Source of the DNA: Pseudomonadota bacterium | GTDB lineage: Bacteria; Bdellovibrionota_G; JALEGL01; DATDPG01 | Direction: 5' to 3' | Length of the DNA: 29,590 bases | Assembly (NCBI GenBank): GCA_043804515.1 | Contig: JAZDIZ010000128.1 | Location: 1-29,590 of the forward strand | Shown: positions 26,366-29,590 of the stretch, piece by piece | Position numbering within the stretch: the stretch's first letter is position 1 | Layout of the letters: every line of letters begins with the position of its first letter | Notes under the pieces: generated by a model | Told to the model about the DNA's origin: nothing | The model's database searches: none | What the model saw: only the letters and a program-made list of their open reading frames with translations | Translations under genes and position numbers: made by a program

Positions 26366-27772
26366 GTGTTCGCGTCCCGTCTCAAGCCGCTTCTCGCGTT
26401 GTTGGTTGCGGTATGCCCCTCGTTCGCGGCATCCGCCCAAGAGGTGAAACCCGAGGCCGGATCGGGTGACCAACCCCCCTTTCCCTTCATGTCGCGAAAG
26501 CGTCCGCTCCCGGACCTGACCATTAAGGAAAAGAAGGAGAACGGCTACTTCACGGCGATCCCGCTGTTCGGCTGGGACCCCGACACCGGCGTCAACTACG
26601 GCGCGGAAGTGGATTTTTTCAACAACAAGACCCGGGACGATCCGTTGTTCCGTTACACGCCGTACCGGCAAAAGCTCTCGATCTCCGGCCTCACGACGAG
26701 CCGGGGGATTCAGGATTATTTCGTGTACTACGATCGGCCATACATCGCCGACACCCCATGGCGGATCAAGGCCGACGCCGGGTTTTATCGGAATCCGATC
26801 CAGGGATATTACGGCGTAGGCGACGCGAGTCTGGAGCCGTTCCAACTTCCGGGAACCGGCACCACGTTCCAGAAATACGGCGACTACGTGCGCGCGCTCG
26901 AAGTCACTTCGGGCACCACGGCGGACACTCGTTTTGTTCAATATCGGCGGACACGGGCCGACCTCAAGGCGTCCGCGGAATACGATCTTCTCGGCGGTCT
27001 CCTCCGTCCCTTGATCGGCTTTCAGTCCGCCTATTATTGGGTCCACGATTACACCGGCGAAATGGTGGATGCGGTCACGCCGGCCGGCGTCGGAGTCCGG
27101 GCCACGCAGTCGCCCACAAAGCTCAACGAGGACTGCGCTTCGGGACGAATCCAAGGATGTACCGGCGGCTGGGACAATTACCTCAAGGCCGGCATGACGC
27201 TGGATACCCGCGACTACGAACCCGATCCCTCCTCGGGCACGCTCACGCAGGCCATGGCCGAAATCTCCAGCAAAGCGCTCGGTTCCTCGTTCGAGTACCA
27301 GCGAATGACGTTCAGCTCGGCGGGATATTTCGACCTCATGCCGAGACCCGACCGAATCGTCCTGGCCGGAAGATTTCTTTACTCCATGCAGTTCGGGGAC
27401 GTGCCGGTCTACTCGATGGCCACGCTGGCTTATTCCGAGCGGGACTGGGAAGGCCTGGGTGGATTCCGAACGCTTCGGGGTTATCGGGCCGATCGTTTCA
27501 TCGGAAAAGCCGCCGCCATGACGAACTGGGAGTTCCGTTGGCGCATCGGCGCCGTTCGCTGGTTCGATCAGCTCCTCCGGATGACGATCTCGCCGTTCTG
27601 GGACTCGGGGCGCGTGTTCAATAAGGTTTCCGACACCAGCCTGAAGCATTGGCAGAACGATTTCGGCCTGGGCTTCCGGCTGGCCTGGAATCTCGCCACG
27701 GTGATCTGCTTCGATTACGCCTACGCCTCCGAAGGCCACGCGTTTTACATGGAGCTGGGGTACGGCTTCTGA
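26366..27772 (+). CDS. Omp85 (BamA/TamA-like) outer membrane beta-barrel protein
   Basis: Signal peptide; LDTRD, LGGFRTLRGY (Omp85 loop motif), FWDSGRV, C-terminal MELGYGF; start TTG 26363 or GTG 26366. Confidence 0.88.
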   Translation: MFASRLKPLLALLVAVCPSFAASAQEVKPEAGSGDQPPFPFMSRKRPLPDLTIKEKKENGYFTAIPLFGWDPDTGVNYGAEVDFFNNKTRDDPLFRYTPYRQKLSISGLTTSRGIQDYFVYYDRPYIADTPWRIKADAGFYRNPIQGYYGVGDASLEPFQLPGTGTTFQKYGDYVRALEVTSGTTADTRFVQYRRTRADLKASAEYDLLGGLLRPLIGFQSAYYWVHDYTGEMVDAVTPAGVGVRATQSPTKLNEDCASGRIQGCTGGWDNYLKAGMTLDTRDYEPDPSSGTLTQAMAEISSKALGSSFEYQRMTFSSAGYFDLMPRPDRIVLAGRFLYSMQFGDVPVYSMATLAYSERDWEGLGGFRTLRGYRADRFIGKAAAMTNWEFRWRIGAVRWFDQLLRMTISPFWDSGRVFNKVSDTSLKHWQNDFGLGFRLAWNLATVICFDYAYASEGHAFYMELGYGF

Positions 27773-27787
27773 GCCCAGAGGTCAGAC

Positions 27788-29011
27788 CTAATGGGAATCA
27801 AGTTCTAGAAGTGCTTCAGTCGAATCAACAAGCTCCTTGCACGTTGAGTCTGCTTTCGGGTCCCTCGCAAGGGAAAGATAGAGGCGTGCGGTCTTGTAGT
27901 CGTGTTGTTTTATATAGGAATTAGCCAGCTCGGCTCTCGCCAAGCAGAGGCTCAGTCGCGAGTATGAATCTGCGGGGTTCTCCGCTACGGCCTGTGCAAA
28001 GAGCTTTTCAGCCGATTCGAAATCTTTAGCTTCCAGCGCTGCATCCGCTTCTTCGATATACCGATTTGTTAAGAAATTGGCTTTTCCGGACCCCGTCCGT
28101 GCGACCAATTCCGAATAATGGCTTCTCGTTTCTTTATCGAAGCTCCTGTCTCCCATGCGAAAGTCCAGTTTTGGTGCCGTCATCCGGACGATCTCTGCGT
28201 TGGCCTCATCAAAAGATTTGGCCTCCGAATCGCACGGGTTTTGCTTGCTTGCAAGCCGAATGCCGCACATGACCGAACCCGGATCCGCTACATGGACGGC
28301 GCCGAAAATGTGCCCCATTTCATGAGCCAGGATGTGCGCCGTTTGGTCGAATGTGGGCGAATTGACAACGGCGTAGCGACTGAAAGGTGCTGATGCGCCT
28401 GCCGCATACGTGGCGTCAGTTTCAATTTTGGAAACGATTCTGCCGTACTGATGCGGAGAACTCGCGTCCTGCCAGCTGAAAAGGACGACCATGTCGGCGC
28501 CAAGGCTGTTTAGCCTTGAGTCGGGAAAGTCCTTCTTAATCTTTGCCAATAGAGCGTTCGTCTCCATGGGCGCGACCGTGAAGTGGGGCAACACGCGCAG
28601 CAACTCGAACCGGATTCTGAATTCCCCCTCAAAAACCGCCGAAGCATCCTCAAGAATCATCCGAGCCGCGTCCTCCCAAAGCTCAGGACATCCTTCGTCC
28701 TCCTCGGTTTTATATGTGTGTCTGAAGCTCTCATCCGTCAGAGCCAGAATCTTAATCACTCGCTTAGTGGAAGCTTGGCCTGTCGCTTGGGTCCCGGTGA
28801 TTTGTCCTCCGTGCGACTCGTATGGCTGACTCAACGTAGCTGTCCCGAAGTTCTGGTGAGCGTTTTTGCTGGGGTCCGACGTCTGACCGCCGGGAAATTG
28901 GATCGTATACGTGGGGGCGTTCGTTTGGGCACCGGCGTTCGACAAAAGACTTGCCACCACACCAACGAGAAGGGTGCCGATTAGGAACGGGAAGTCCTGC
29001 CGACAAGGCAT
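27788..29011 (-). CDS. Secreted metzincin (M12/reprolysin-like) metallopeptidase with C-terminal TPR
   Basis: HEMGHIFGAVH (HExxHxxGxxH), Met-turn SVM, signal peptide, TPR-like helices. Confidence 0.88.
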   Translation of the reverse strand: MPCRQDFPFLIGTLLVGVVASLLSNAGAQTNAPTYTIQFPGGQTSDPSKNAHQNFGTATLSQPYESHGGQITGTQATGQASTKRVIKILALTDESFRHTYKTEEDEGCPELWEDAARMILEDASAVFEGEFRIRFELLRVLPHFTVAPMETNALLAKIKKDFPDSRLNSLGADMVVLFSWQDASSPHQYGRIVSKIETDATYAAGASAPFSRYAVVNSPTFDQTAHILAHEMGHIFGAVHVADPGSVMCGIRLASKQNPCDSEAKSFDEANAEIVRMTAPKLDFRMGDRSFDKETRSHYSELVARTGSGKANFLTNRYIEEADAALEAKDFESAEKLFAQAVAENPADSYSRLSLCLARAELANSYIKQHDYKTARLYLSLARDPKADSTCKELVDSTEALLELDSH

Positions 29012-29026
29012 CTTGAACCCAATAAG

Positions 29027-29071
29027 AGCAGATCTCGTGCCACGAACGTTGTCTATGATTTCAAGTAGTTA
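29027..29071 (-). promoter_or_regulatory. Sigma54 promoter with IHF-like site
   Basis: TGGCACGAGATCTGCT (29042-29027); TTTCAAGTAGTTA (29059-29071) is one mismatch from the IHF consensus. Confidence 0.6.
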
Positions 29072-29110
29072 GCTGCGATCTCGTCTTATTTCCTGAGCCA
29101 AATTTCGCCA

Positions 29111-29243
29111 TTGGGGACACGACTTCCGTTCCCGTTCTTTCCCCCGTTCTTTCGGGGGACACCCTTAAGGGTGTCCCCCATGATGCCCCGTGATGCGATC
29201 CGAGCCACGGAGCACAGGCAACCACCCAACACGCCGCTTTAAT
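29111..29243. repeat. Palindromic repeat element, copy 2
   Basis: TTGGGGACAC (29111-29120), 26-bp perfect palindrome 29154-29179, 24-bp block 29190-29213 identical to 23087-23110. Confidence 0.9.
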
Positions 29244-29362
29244 CAAATGATCGACGCCAGCTAACTACGTAGAATTTCTTCTTTTATTTCCGGCACTTGA
29301 AAGTCGGGCCGGGATTCGCTATACGAGCGCATCTTTCAGGGGCGGGGCGGACGACTTAATCC

Positions 29363-29590
29363 ATGACGCGGGTTGGAATTGATATTGGGGCTGTTTTTGT
29401 AAAAGCCGTCCGCGTCGACGACACCGGAAAGCTTCTCGTGGGTTTTTATGAACGGCACCGGGGTCAACCGGCCGAGGCCTTGGCCGAAGCCATGGATCGC
29501 CTCGATGTCACCGGCTTCGACGAGGTCGGTCTGACCGGCTGCAACGCCGAACTCTTCGCCAGAACCATGGGCATTCCCTATCGGGACATC
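29363..29590 (+). CDS. BadF/BadG/BcrA/BcrD-type ATPase (acyl-CoA dehydratase activase), 5' part only
   Basis: Manual translation MTRVGIDIGAVFVKAV...YERHRGQP...VGLTG; TTGAAA-17-TATACG upstream; runs off the window. Confidence 0.8.
   Translation, partial: MTRVGIDIGAVFVKAVRVDDTGKLLVGFYERHRGQPAEALAEAMDRLDVTGFDEVGLTGCNAELFARTMGIPYRDI

Noticed and set aside
522..29243. CRISPR array or integron attC array
   Set aside because: Repeats are dispersed, in mixed orientation, without regular spacers or RYYYAAC/GTTRRRY cores; no cas or integrase gene

Overview
GC-rich bacterial chromosomal window; the gene content suggests a deltaproteobacterial/Bdellovibrionota-like organism (inference). The core content is a cytochrome c maturation operon (ccmE-ccmF-two accessory genes-ccmA-ccmB-ccmC-ccmD, with a CxxxY-type CcmE), a ~1600-aa membrane Ser/Thr kinase with TPRs, FHA, DUF547, class IV aminotransferase, ZIP, PilZ and PIG-L genes, a NitT/TauT-type ABC pair, an Omp85 protein and the start of a CoA-activase-type ATPase. 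Between these sit accessory genes: several secreted orphans, a nucleotidyltransferase/RHH pair and a metzincin protease. Many are bracketed by a family of GGGGAC...GTCCCC REP-like repeats. An intact IS110/IS1111-type element has readable target and donor guide segments in its downstream non-coding RNA and sits in one of these repeat regions. The best unexplained non-coding signals are a ~320-380 nt extensively base-paired intergenic RNA candidate (17120-17503) and a DnaA-box cluster (19401-19608) with no dnaA gene in the window. All calls come from motif reading by eye; no searches or folding programs were run.
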